In this document: in pieces, positions 25,559-38,724 of the stretch
How the letters are laid out: each line of letters begins with the position of its first letter
How positions within the stretch are numbered: the stretch's first letter is position 1
NCBI GenBank assembly: GCA_038087875.1
Contig: CM075989.1
Coordinates: forward strand, 20,276,001 to 20,340,000
DNA length: 64,000 nt
Direction: 5' to 3'
Source of the DNA: Malacoraja senta
Taxonomy: Eukaryota
Notes under the pieces: generated by a model
Told to the model about the DNA's origin: nothing
The model's input: the letters and a program-made list of their open reading frames with translations, nothing else
Databases searched by the model: none
Made by a program: the position numbers and the translations under genes

Positions 25559-26451
25559 TAGGAATATACATTCTAATTCAAGCAAGCATTTCGACACTAT
25601 ATTATCAAATGCTAAGGGTGATAATATTATGTACCTGTTGAGAAAAGATAGTTCTATCATTCTGAAATTGTAGAATGTCACCTATTTGAGTGATCAGATC
25701 TGCACTGATCTATTTTGTATGAGACATTTTAGCAAAATCTAGTGATTTCATTTCATTGTTTTATGGGAAACAAAGGAATAATCCTTTGTTAAATTATTTT
25801 GGAGAGAATTAGAAGTATCTGGAAAAAGGGCAGTTGAACAAATTTGTTCAAACAGTTTATGATTAGTATTTCTATATTTTATTTTCATTGTCATTTTTAT
25901 TATCTTGAATTTATACATTAATTTCGTGACCCTTTCACCAACCAGTTTCCACAATCTATCATTATTTGGTTTATTGCCACTGTCATCTTAAAATCCATTG
26001 GGTCTCTACGTTATTTGCTTCAATGGAAAAAATAACATTGGATTCAAACAAGGGGACATGACTTGAGAATTAAGGGACAGAAGTTTAGGGGTAACATTAG
26101 GGGGAACTTCTTTACTCAGAGAGTGGTAGCTGTGTGGAATGAGCTTCCAGTGGAAGTGGTGGAGGCTGGTTCGATTTTATCCTTTAAAAATAGATTGGAT
26201 GGGTATATGGACGGGAAAGGAATGGAGGGTTATGGTCTGAGTGCAGGTAGATGGGACTAGGGGGAAGTATTTATTTAATTTATAAAAAAGTTCGGCACGG
26301 TCTTGAAGGGTCGAGATGGCCTGTTTCCGTGCTGTTATGGTTATATGGTTATTTGCAAATCCGTCATGTTGATAAGAATCAAGCTTGAATATTTGTGTTT
26401 GTTTTTATGTCCCTAGAATAATGAGATGTCCAAAATTTGCAATATGCTTGT

Positions 26452-26752
26452 AGACTTTAGAGAGATAGTGTGGAAACAGGCCCTGCGGCCCACCGTCCGC
26501 ACCGACCAGCGATCACCGTGTATACCAGCACTGTTCCACATGTTAGGGACAATTTACAGAAGCCAGTTAACCTACAAAACTGTACATCTCTGGAATGTGG
26601 GAGGAAACGGGAGCACCCGGAGAAAACCCACACAGTCATAGGGAGAACGTACAAATTCCGTACAGACAGCACCCGAAGTCAGGATCGAACCCGGGTCTCT
26701 GTTGCCATTGCTGTCGCTGTAAGGCAGCAACTTTACCGCTGTACCACTGTGC
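26452..26752 (-). mobile_element. V-SINE (HE1-like), near full length
   Basis: tRNA head with A and B boxes on the minus strand, V-domain and LINE-like tail. Further copies near 15075, 39545, 43385, 53020, 61905 and 62430. Confidence 0.88.
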
Positions 26753-27654
26753 CATCCTTCAACTAACTCTTAGCACCCAGATCGTGTAATTTATTTTATA
26801 TTCTATACCACCAGACATAAATCAAATTGTATTTCTCTTTATTGAACAGACTCTATATCTGATGCTATTAAAATGAGTTGTAAATTTGCAAATCTAAATC
26901 CCTCTTGTCCCTATTAAATAATAGCATTGCTTTGTTTTCCCTATTATTGTATTTTTTTAAATAAGTTATTTTTCTATATTAAGCTGCATCGGTCAACTAT
27001 CAGCCCATCCTCTTGCAGTCTTTTACCAATCTTTCTCATGACTGCCATTCCCCTCCTCTGATTTGTGTTATTTAGTATATCTTTTCATGTACATCCCACT
27101 GGACATTTATCTCTGTGAGTCATAGTTAAATACATGGCAGCTGGAATTTAAATTTACTTTGCCCAGTTGGGAAATCAGTAGTGAGTACACATTCAAAATG
27201 AATTGATCTGAAGTAAATGTTACTCTTAATTTATACATTTAGTAAAGAACAGTACACACTCCATAATTGATAATTCAAAATATAATCTAGTAAATAGGAT
27301 TTTATCTCATTTAGGTAATTTCCCTACATCTGTAATTTATGATCATTGCCATATTAGATTTGTTTTCGAGGAACCTGTTGTGTGAAATGTTAATATCGTT
27401 CCAGTTTCTGCTCATTAGTTTTTTTTTGCAGGTTACAAAATTATGATTCTTATTTAATGAATATATGAAAGTGCAGTTTCTGGTGACAATTTTGTAAATG
27501 ATTCCCCCATGCTCCATGAAATTCATGAGACTTACTGGTCATGAATATTTATGTATCACCAGTCAAAAGACCATTCCTCCACCACTACACTCTGTCTTCT
27601 TTGACTGTGCCAATTTTGTATCCAACTCGCCACAGATCCCATGTGACTTAATAG

Positions 27655-27801
<147 letters not shown>

Positions 27802-29278
27802 TAGAACAGTACAGCACAAGAACAGGTCCTTCAGCCCACAATGTCTGTGGTGAACATGATGCCAAGACCATCACTTATCTACCTGCATATACCCCACATC
27901 CCTCCATTCACTACATAGAAAAACAGTTGCAGGAGTAAGCCATTCGGCCCTTCGAGCCAGCACCGCCATTCAATATGATCATGGCTGATCATCTAAAATC
28001 AGTACCTTGTTCCTGCTTTCTCCCCACATCCCCACATATCCATATGCCCATCCAAAAGTCTTTCAAATGCCACTAACGTGTCTGCTTCAACCACCACCCC
28101 GTTCCAGGCACCTACTACCCTCTGGGGAAAAAAATCTTGCCCCACACATCTCCTTTATCTCATTTTTGTTCCCTTCACTTTAAAGGTATGCCCTCCAGTA
28201 TTTAACTTTTTTTCCCCATCGTGGGGAAAAAGATGCATGTTCAAGTGCTTATGCATTGTAAAGAAGAATATTTTTGAATTTCAAAGAGAAGTAAATGAAA
28301 GATGCATTTGCTAAATATTATTATTTTGTCAATACAGGGGGTAACTATTGTCCAGAAACGCAACTGGGTCTTCCAATTAAATACTGTAACTACAGGAGCA
28401 TTTCACGAGTTGCTTGTCCTGCAGTGAATGACTCGCTTCCTAACACCTCAAAACAATTCCACCCATTCAGTTCCACTGCTTAAGAAACTTTAAGCCCTCA
28501 TGATTGGCATCCCATCCACCATCCTAAACATTCATTCCTTTTCAGTTTAGTTTATTATTGTCATGTATACCGAGGCACAGTGAAAAGCTTTTTGTTGCGT
28601 GCTGTCCAGTCAGAGAAAAGACTATACATAATTACAATCAAGCCGTCCACAGTGTACAGATACATGATAGAGGATATAACATTTAGTACAAGATAAAGTC
28701 CTATTAATGATAGTACCAAGTTCTCCAATGAGGTTGATGGAAGTCTGGACTGTTCTCTAGCAGGTGAGAGGACAGATCAGTTAGCTTTTCTCATTGTGGT
28801 TGTAATATGTACTGTCTACAGAATGCACTACTTACCAAGATTCCTTCAACAGCATCTCCCAAACCTGCACATTAAGTAGGGCAATGGGGCTTGTTCTTGT
28901 GCTGTACTGTTCTAATAGCAGTGTGTCCAGGTTAACACCACCATTCCAGGTCCTTTCTATGTCTCACGCCTTTTTGACTGGGAAATGCATACATTTATAT
29001 CACTGGGCCTAAATCCCAGATCTTGCTTTTCAACAGCACCCATGGGAATACCCTCACCGGAAAGATTGCAGTGGTTCAAGAAGGCAGCTTACTGTCACTT
29101 TTAAAGGGCAGTTAGGGATAAGCGTGAAACACAGGCCGTGCCATTGGTGCCCAGATCCCAGATTTTGACTCTAATGGAGTGCTTTTGATGACACGTTTCT
29201 TCGTACATGTTCAACTCTTTATTAATTCTTAATGTTTAATTATAAATATGGTCAATTAAAGACACAAATGGAAGATAA

Positions 29279-29431
<153 letters not shown>

Positions 29432-32400
29432 TAAAATTCATCTGAAAAGAACTTTGTTATTAACTTATCATTTTATAATGGGGTAATATTCCAGTGAAAT
29501 CAAGGTGGACCTCTTGGCAGATTAACCTATGAATGGTATAACTGGGAAGTGTACCCTTCTGTTCAATTGAGTGCTAGTGGAACTCAAGAACACTAAACTG
29601 GTGACTACATTATAATAGGTCAGCACCAACCTGTGAACGTCTCCCATGCTGGGAAATGTGATTGATGAATCCACACCAAGTTTTTCTGGCACAACCAAAG
29701 CTGGCCCATCAAGCAGATGAAATGTGTAGGAAGGAACTGCAGATTCAGGTTACACCAAAGATAAACACAAAGTACTGGAGTAACTCAGTGGGACAGGCAG
29801 CATCTCTATAGAAAAGGAATAGGTGATGCTTCGGTGAATAGGTGAAGATGGGTCTCGACCCGAAATGTCACCCATTCCTTCTCTCCGGAGATGCTGCCTG
29901 TCCCACTGAGTTACTCTGGCATTTTGTGCCTACCTTCTGGCCCATTGAAGTGCATGGGAGAAATTGACAGCAGGAGAAAGGTTTAGATTTTATTTACTTT
30001 TAAACGTATGTACATGATTTTACTTCTTACATTTAAGAAGTGATTTTGAATGTTTGTGATTGTCAATTGGGCTCTCTAGTCAATGCCTTCTGACAGCACA
30101 GCTGATCACTTGCCCAAGGCCACATCAGTGTACTGGAAGCCAGCTTCCCTGGAGAAGACTGTGCCCAGGAATGTGCTGGAAGAAACAGCCTGGTTCAGTG
30201 TTCAAACAGCGGGTGGCAGTGAAAGAACTCTATCAATAGTTAATTGAATCCACAGCTGTAACAATGTTGTGGAGAGAGGAAAAAAAATTGCAGAATGTAA
30301 ATATGCTGTTTGTCAAACCCAAACCCATACTTCAAGAAGTGTGAAAGTGTAAATATTCATAAATACATTTTTATGTTGGATCTGTAAGGCTGGCAGGCAA
30401 GCGGTGGATGACTGTAACGCTAGATTGTGAGAAACAGATGCCACAATTTAAAGTTGACAAGAAAAAAAGCTTCTGGTCCTTACTGTTTATGACTTGCAGG
30501 ATGTACATGAATTGTCAAATAAAGAAATTAAACCTTGTATTCAATAACTTGGAGTGAAAAAACATGCTGGATATGAGGCACTGCACAGAAGAATAACCTG
30601 AGAAACATCAGTACCAAGGCCAGATACTAATAGACTGAAAAACAAATGGGTATTGGATTAGAAAGGATGAATAAAGAGACATGAATTTGGTACCTACATT
30701 TTTGAATGCAGTGGAATACAGACCTGCTGAAGTTATACCTACTCATGGTGGGTTCGAAGGAGTCACGAATCGACAAGAGGCAAGAATGCAGCGTTCCGGG
30801 GGAAGGATGAGGCCATGTGCAACAAAATAATGGTGATGCTAGTTATAACCTGGACTCGAGTAGTTAATGTAGATCGGGCCATTAAGCTTAAAATTTTACA
30901 TGTGGTTAAATTCACGGGTTAGGTTGATTAGCCAGGTGAACACTGGAATAGTTCATAGAGGAGTCAGCAAAAGTATGGATAAGGATCCATGTTGCAAGTA
31001 TGAGAGAGATGGTGATGAAGAGAAAATTTGGCTTTAGAAAGGGCATTCAGATGCTAACAGTGTAGCTTAACCTGAGTGTGCTGGGAGAAGGTGGATGAAT
31101 CTGTACCAGGCTTTGGAGCGATGCAGCCACTGAAGATGAGGTTTATGTGACGTGAGCATTTAGTGTCAGGATTTTGAGTCTCATCGAAAGCCAAGAATGT
31201 AATAGTGTGATTAAATTTCACATGACGTTTGTATGCTGCGGGATCCAACGTGAATGTGCTAACAGTTGTTTCTTTTTGCTGCTTGGGATTATTCTCTTTG
31301 ACATTTGATGCAAGTAAATTTGTACTTTCCAAGTCACCTTTCTTAAAATCAGAAAACTGAGTTCAATCATCAAATAACACTTGCACCTGTCACTGAAATA
31401 TATCATCAGTTGACTTTTTTTTCTTTTGCACCTTGTTGTTTTATTCAGCCATCAGTAAATCATGCAAACAATTGAACATGATCTCTAAGCTAATGTTGCT
31501 TATCAAAAAGGTTGAGGTGATGTCCCATGTCTCAAGATGGAGAGTAGTTGCTCTGACCATTTAAAATTTGTCTCTTTAATCGGAACACTTTCTCTTAATG
31601 TATTTAACAGATTAAACCTTGTTTAAGATTGTTTGAAAATGGGCAGAAAGTTTAAGGGGCTGAACTTATTTTTTGTTAGAATACCCCAATGCCTTTCTTC
31701 TGTCAGGATATTATTGTACGATTGCTGTTCCGTGATGACTTGCTGGAACACATGCACACATAGGTATGGTCATCAGTGATGTATGGCAGCATTTAATCCA
31801 TTGACTCAGAAAGAGTAGCGATTTGGGTGAAGGTCTGGAGGATGCTGCATCAAGAGCATGAATCAGAAAATTTACACTGTGAAAGCCACTTAGCCCATCG
31901 TGTCTATGCCAGTCAAAGAAGAGCTATAATCCCACCTTCCAGCAGGAGACCCTCTGGCAGGGTTATCATTCAATTATATGTTTAATTTCCTCAAATATTA
32001 AAAGCAGATTGACAGCTTAATTTATCTAATTTAACCAAATCCTACGTATCCTTGAATTTTGGTATGCCTTCTGTTTAGCATAGTAAATGCATGTCCCATT
32101 GTGTTTATTTTGATCTTCTGCAATGTGTCACCGATAAAGGCAAAAATGAGAATTTAGTATTAATTGAGCACTTCAGTTTGCCACTGGAATGCCAACTCTT
32201 CTGTGTTATGCCTCTTAGAATCTGCTATATTGTATATTCCAGAGGTTCACAAACTTGATCTTTCTGTAATACTTTTTGCATGAAGGTTTCAAAAGATAAC
32301 TAATTTCTTTGTCTTTAGTGATCCTTGAGTTCAAGTTCCAACTTTGCAGTCCTTCTCTTCTGACTAACAGGCAAAGTTTATGTAATGAAAGGAAAAGATT

Positions 32401-35202
32401 ATTTTGCATAGTTTATAGCCAAAGCCACACTTTTAATACAGCCACATGTAATAGAGGAAGATGTGGAGCTGCTTATATTTTAGAGCAAGTTGTGCAAACA
32501 TCAGTTATATGTGAAATAGAGGGAGAAATATCCAAGGAACACCAGGAGATCTCCTCTGTACTTTGGTGCTGTTACATTATTTGTATCCATGTAGGTCGGG
32601 CACCGTCCACTTTAAATATCTCCTCCTGAAAACGTGACTGCCCACAACACCCCCCCCCCCCCCAAAATATCATGCTTGAATAACTGTTCAAGTTCCTGAA
32701 TAGGTTATAAAATGTAAATCAGCTGAATCTGGTGAGAATCCTATGATGGAGTCTTGACAGGTAGAATTTGGATCTTTGAAGCAAGCACCCTCCCACCCCA
32801 GTTGTTAGTTTCCATGACATTTCTTGTGTTTCTGTACATTGCAACACTAATCATAGTGATTGAGGTTGGATTTGCACAAAGGTTGAATCTGACGTGTTCA
32901 TGGGCATTTATTAAACTTATTGCAAAATCATGATGTACAGAACAGGCCACCACCAATGATCTGTAACGGGAAATGTAAAAAAAAAGTTGCCAGTTAATTC
33001 CTGACCACTGCACCAACTGAAAATAATGTAATGTGAACAGCTTTAATCATGAACTGTGAAAGACGGTGAGATTTCAGTTCTCTGCAAATGTGGTGGTACT
33101 GTAGAGAAATGTTGCTCTTGGTGGCTTTTTTTTCTATAGCCACCAGAGGAAAAATCATAGCTTCCAATCCAAATGTTCTAAATCTCTGCATCTACTGTAG
33201 AATTTCCCCCACTGCAATCGATACTCCTGCTTAATACATGCACTATTTGACAGCATGAAGTGTATTAGATCGAGGTAGAATGAGTGTCCACTGTATTTTT
33301 ATTTTTTGCCTTGTTTATTTGACACAGACCCATAAAAATTCCCATCAGCCCTTTTCCTCCACAAAACTCCAAGTTTCATAACTTGCCATGATGAGGAAGT
33401 TGGAAACATCCATTTGGTATTCCCAAGTAAGAATAGTAGAGAAAATTATGATGGGGAAGCAGTCTAGGAATCTTTAATATATTTTATTCCAGTCTTATTT
33501 CTTTCAATTTTGTTTTGCCTGCTTTTATGTTTTATTTGCTTTTTCATTTTTGTTTCTGATCTTGTGTTTATTTTAATGTGATGTCTTCCCCCTCTGAACC
33601 CGTTTTCTTGAATTATTTTTCTTTTTTTTGCCACATTACTTTTTCTTCCCATTTTAACATCTTTCTGTCCTTTTCATATTTTTATTTCTATCTCCTCCTT
33701 ACCCATCCCTTTTTTCCCCCACCTTACCTGCCCTCTCTGGAACCTGTTGCAACTACCTTGGTCAAGCAGCAGAAATCGATGAAGAGGCAGGGTAGCAGCG
33801 GGGGAATCGCAGAAACGGACCTGAAAGCTTGCTTTGGCGGGGAAGCTGAATCAAAGGTCAGAAAAAGATTTGCATAATGTCAGGAGGGATAGATGTGACG
33901 AAACTGTAACATCAGTGCTTGCTGTTTGTTTTTGCTGGTGCGGGTGGTGAAGTGGTTAAGTAAATCAGTTACTTCAATCTGGTATCAGTCATCTAATTAA
34001 CCTGGCAGTAAGTTCAGGTATAGACTTATGGAAATGGCAGGATTGTAAGCACATTTGAACTTTCTACCATTTCAAAGTAATGTAAATCATGTTTAATTTC
34101 CAAGATTTGTGTTGTTGAGGAAGCCTCTGGTCCCATTGTTATCTACTTATAAAAATGTTGGTAATACAGAAGACTAAATGATGGAAACAAATTAACTAAA
34201 GTAATATTCTGGAGGCTTTAATTTCTGCTTTTGAGACCCATTGTACTTCATAGTGTATTATATTTTGCAGGAAACACTGGCTCTTCAAACAATGTCTTTG
34301 GTTCAGTGTCAAATTATTCAGATCTAAACTGAATAAAAATAATGTTCTACTGTTGAGGAAGCTGGTTAATATTAAAGTCGGAAGTAAATTGTTCATAACT
34401 TAAAACAAATGAAATTTAGTGCTCCTTCAACCTCACGACCATACTTCTATGATCATGGAAAGCAAACTGTCTGTGGCTGCTGAATGGGATTAATTTTGCA
34501 AAACTTTGGAATGGCAGTGAATAACACTGAATAATGTCAATACAGGCCTTCCCCAGGTTACAAACACCTGACTTATGGACACCCTGAATATATATTAGAT
34601 GTGACGAAATATATATATACACAAGAAATATATATATATTCTCTCTCTCTCTCTCTCTTTTTAGTAATGGTTCTTTCTTATCATTCTTGCGTGCTTTTAA
34701 TGCCATACATTACAATAGTGACGGTATCGTGTGATTGTTGTGTCTTTTCTGACTGAAATTGTCTTGTGTATGTCTGTAAATACGGAACCTTTTTATTACC
34801 TGGGGACGGCCTGTAGATGTAAAAATAAACTGTGCCCCAAAAAAATAACTATGTATGGTGGATAAAGGGGTAAGGGCACCAAATAGAAGATAGCTTGAGG
34901 TCCAGTATAACACCTTGAATTGGGTTGAGGAAGGAATGGCCCTTTTCTTTTTATTCCTTAATATTAATAACGACCAGTTTTATAGACCCAATGTAAACAT
35001 CTGATCCATTCATAATAATAATAATAGACAATAGATGCAGGAGTAGGCCATTCGGCCCTTCGAGCCAGCACCATTCTTCTGGTTGCAAATATTCCAGATT
35101 TCTGCTTGTGGTCCAAATCGAATCACTCTCAATACTTTAAAGTGGATACTTCAAAAAGCCACACTGGGGGGAATTGCAACTCTTTGCATGTTTATTTTTC
35201 AG

Positions 35203-35292
35203 ATGGACTTATTGCAAGAATTTTATGAAACTACCCTTGAAGCTTTAAAAGATGCAAAAAATGACCGATTATGGTTTAAGACAAACACAAAG
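35203..35292 (+). CDS. COPS2: COPS2 exon 5 ([30 protein letters not shown])
   Basis: 90 nt, AG/GT bounded. Confidence 0.98.
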
Positions 35293-35395
35293 GTAATCCT
35301 TCTATTTGTTGAATTGGATTCTAACCAGCTTACGATCCAGCCCTTGATAACTATTGTGAATGATGCTCAATTGATCACTGCATATTTGTTTTCAG

Positions 35396-35473
35396 CTTGG
35401 CAAGCTATATTTGGAAAGAGAAGAGTTTGGGAAATTACAGAAAATATTACGCCAACTCCACCAGTCATGCCAG
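35396..35473 (+). CDS. COPS2: COPS2 exon 6 ([26 protein letters not shown])
   Basis: 78 nt, AG/GT bounded. Confidence 0.98.
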
Positions 35474-36250
35474 GTATTCTGATTTTACTTGGAAAAATAT
35501 TGTAGGGATTATATAACAGTGTTTTGTTGGGAATAACCTTGTGATGTTGTCCATGCAAGAAGCAAGTGACCTAATTTACCCAACAGTAAAACTCCGATGA
35601 TCTGGGACAATAGGGTCAGACGTATTGCCTCAAAAGTGTCACAAATGTTAGTGACGGTCTAAACAAGACATTGGTTATGATGACGGCAATGCCTGTAAGC
35701 ATTTAACAACTTTTAAAGGCTCGTGGAGTCAATATGCGTTTGGCAAGTTCTCTGAAACAGCAATGAGATAAACGACCAGGATGATTTAGAGTCATAGAGC
35801 TGAACAGCACAGAAACAGGCCCTTCATCCCAACTTGTCCATGCCAACTCAATTTGCATTGTGTACGTTGCCCACATTTGACCGTATCCCTCCAAAAGCTT
35901 CTTACTGGTGGAACACAACGAGATTTGTGCACAGATTTGCTGTCATGTCCAAAACAATATACTGTCATTGGATGAAGTTCTTAAAAATACCAAACTAATT
36001 TAAGTGATGAGAGAATTACCCTATCTAATTAGATCTCTGGAGGTTGAGGGGTGACCTGATAGTAGTACAGGAATCTGGATTTTATTAACTTCTCTGGAGA
36101 GTTGTGGAAGCTAGTACTGGAGATATTTCAAGAGGAAGCAGATATATTTTTGAAAGATCCACTACGATCATATTGCACCAGGGTCAAGGTGATCTACTCC
36201 TGCTTTCTTTTTATGTTCTTGTGTCCCAAATGTATTTTATTATTTCATAG

Positions 36251-36580
<330 letters not shown>

Positions 36581-36604
36581 TAGTAGTTAGATAATATGTC
36601 AACG

Positions 36605-37275
36605 AAGATAGACACAAAAAGCTGGAGTAACTCAGCGGGTCAAGCAGCATCTCTGGAGAAAAGGAATAGGTGACGTTTCAGGTCGAGACCCTTCATCAGA
36701 CTGAGAGTCGGGGGAGAGGGAAATGTGAGATATGAAAAGGTACATGGAACAAATGAATAAAAGGTATGCAAAAGGACAAGTCAAAGCCAGAAACGATGAT
36801 CAAGGAAGGATGGAGCCCACAATGATCCACTGCTGTCAATAGACAATTGGTGCAGGAGTAGGCCATTCGGCCGTTCGAGCCAGCACCGCCATTCAATGTG
36901 ATCATGGCTGATCATCCCCAATCAGTACCCCGTTCCTGCCTTCTCCCCATATCCCCTGACTCCGCTATTTTTAAGAGCCCTATCTAGCTCTCTCTTGAAA
37001 GTATCCAGAGAACCTGTCTGTGGAGAAGGTGATAACTAGTGATACAATCAGTGAAACTCAGCAGAACGACAGTGAAACTAGTACAGCAATTAGGGTGGGG
37101 GAGGGATGGAGAGAGAGGGAGGGGATACAAGGGTTACTTGAAGTTGGAGAAATCAAAATTCATACCGCTGGGGTGTAAGCTGTCCAAGCGAAATCTGAGG
37201 TGCTGTTCCTCCAATTTGCGTTTGACCTCACTCTGACAGTGGAGAAAGGTCAGTGTGGGAATGGGAAGAGGAGGC
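36605..37275 (-). mobile_element. Penelope-like element 3' part (GIY-YIG C-terminus, pyrimidine-rich UTR, hammerhead-bearing terminus) interrupted by a CR1 tail at about 36838-37015
   Basis: Minus-strand reading VKRKLEEQHLRFRLDSLHPSGMNFDFSNFK*, then a UTR, then CTGATGAagggtctcgacctGAAAcGTC and the common terminal motif gctgagttactccagc. Confidence 0.8.
36672..36699 (-). ncRNA. Minimal type I hammerhead ribozyme-like motif (CUGAUGA core)
   Basis: CUGAUGA-A-GGGUC-UC-GACCU-GAAA-CGUC with palindromic ACGU in place of stem III. Activity not demonstrated. Confidence 0.65.
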
Positions 37276-38115
37276 AAAGTGTCAATTTATTATTACTGGA
37301 ATATTAAACACATATGATCACTTGTTACATTTCGGTGCTGCAATGGAGGTATATTTAAACTGACCTATCATTCTCTTTGCTGTAAAATGCAGAAAATTGA
37401 GGATGCTTAAAGTTAAATACTGAATGAAATGTTCTCATTTCCAAACGTAAATTTCCGGTCAATTTGCAGATATATATATCGCTGAGAATTAAGTAATGGA
37501 ACATGATGATTGTCTTATGTTGTGAAAAGGGTTACTCGTTGATAATTTCTTTGTTAATGCTAACTAATAGGGACGGTTCCATAATATGTCTTTGTAATGA
37601 AAGGCTGATGTGCTAACCCATGACTGTTTAAAACAGGTTTATAATTCTTAGTTCTTAATCGAGTGGAGTGGGTTCACTATTTTGAATGGGAAATTGATAG
37701 GAATATTGAAATCTCTAGCTTCTGGTCAAGGAAAGAACAGCGTTGTCTTTCTTTGTCTTGTGGGCATCATCTGGTTTGTGATTTCTGAGGTATAACTAGA
37801 CCTTAATTATTTTTGAATATATATATATATATATGGATAGCCATTTTGGGGCTTCATTTGCGCACGCTTTCTGTCCTTAATCCATTCTTTGAACCAGTCT
37901 ACCACCATTCTTGGTTGGTGGTATATCAGTTTAAAAGAGTGGATTTTGCAAACCGGCCTTGGGTGTTGAAAATTGACCAATTCCAAAAGTCCTTGCAACC
38001 CATCTACTGCACTGCATACTACCGATTTTGTTATAACTATATATTTCTAGAACCTAAGTTTCAAATCCATGACTGGATGCCAATTTCCGCCTGTTTTTTG
38101 AAAGTGTGTCTATAA

Positions 38116-38310
<195 letters not shown>

Positions 38311-38390
38311 TGATAAATTAGATTTCAGTCAGAGTCTTGAACTTTGGTGCAGCATTTTATTACAGTACTTATTTATTCTATTTTCATCAG

Positions 38391-38443
38391 GCCAAACCCT
38401 ACAAAAATGACCCAGAGATACTTGCAATGACAAATTTAGTAAG
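38391..38443 (+). CDS. COPS2: COPS2 exon 9 (AKPYKNDPEILAMTNLVS)
   Basis: 53 nt, AG/GTAAGT bounded. Confidence 0.98.
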
Positions 38444-38482
38444 GTAAGTCAAACTGTGGATAAATGTGTCATTTTCCTGAGT

Positions 38483-38724
38483 GTTCAAGAAGGAACTGCA
38501 GATGCTGGAAAATCGAAGGTAGACAAAAGTGCTGGAGAAACTCAGTGGGTGCGGCAGCATCAATGGAGCGAAGGAAATAGTCAACGTTTCGGGCCGAAAC
38601 CCTTCTTCAGACTGTTCAAACTGGTTCAAACCCAGTCTGAAGAAGGGATTTGGCCCGAAACGTTTCCTTCGCTCCATAGATGCTGCCGCGCCTGTTGAGT
38701 TTCTCCAGCACTTTAGTCTACCTT
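38483..38724. mobile_element. Palindromic Penelope-derived short element with two oppositely oriented hammerhead-like motifs
   Basis: Inverted arms; cores at 38583-38610 (-) and 38637-38664 (+). Flanking direct repeat cattttcctgagt / cattttcctcagt. Confidence 0.8.

Noticed and set aside
35180..35202. Human-type alternative acceptor 21 nt upstream of COPS2 exon 5
   Set aside because: There is no AG at the equivalent position in this sequence.
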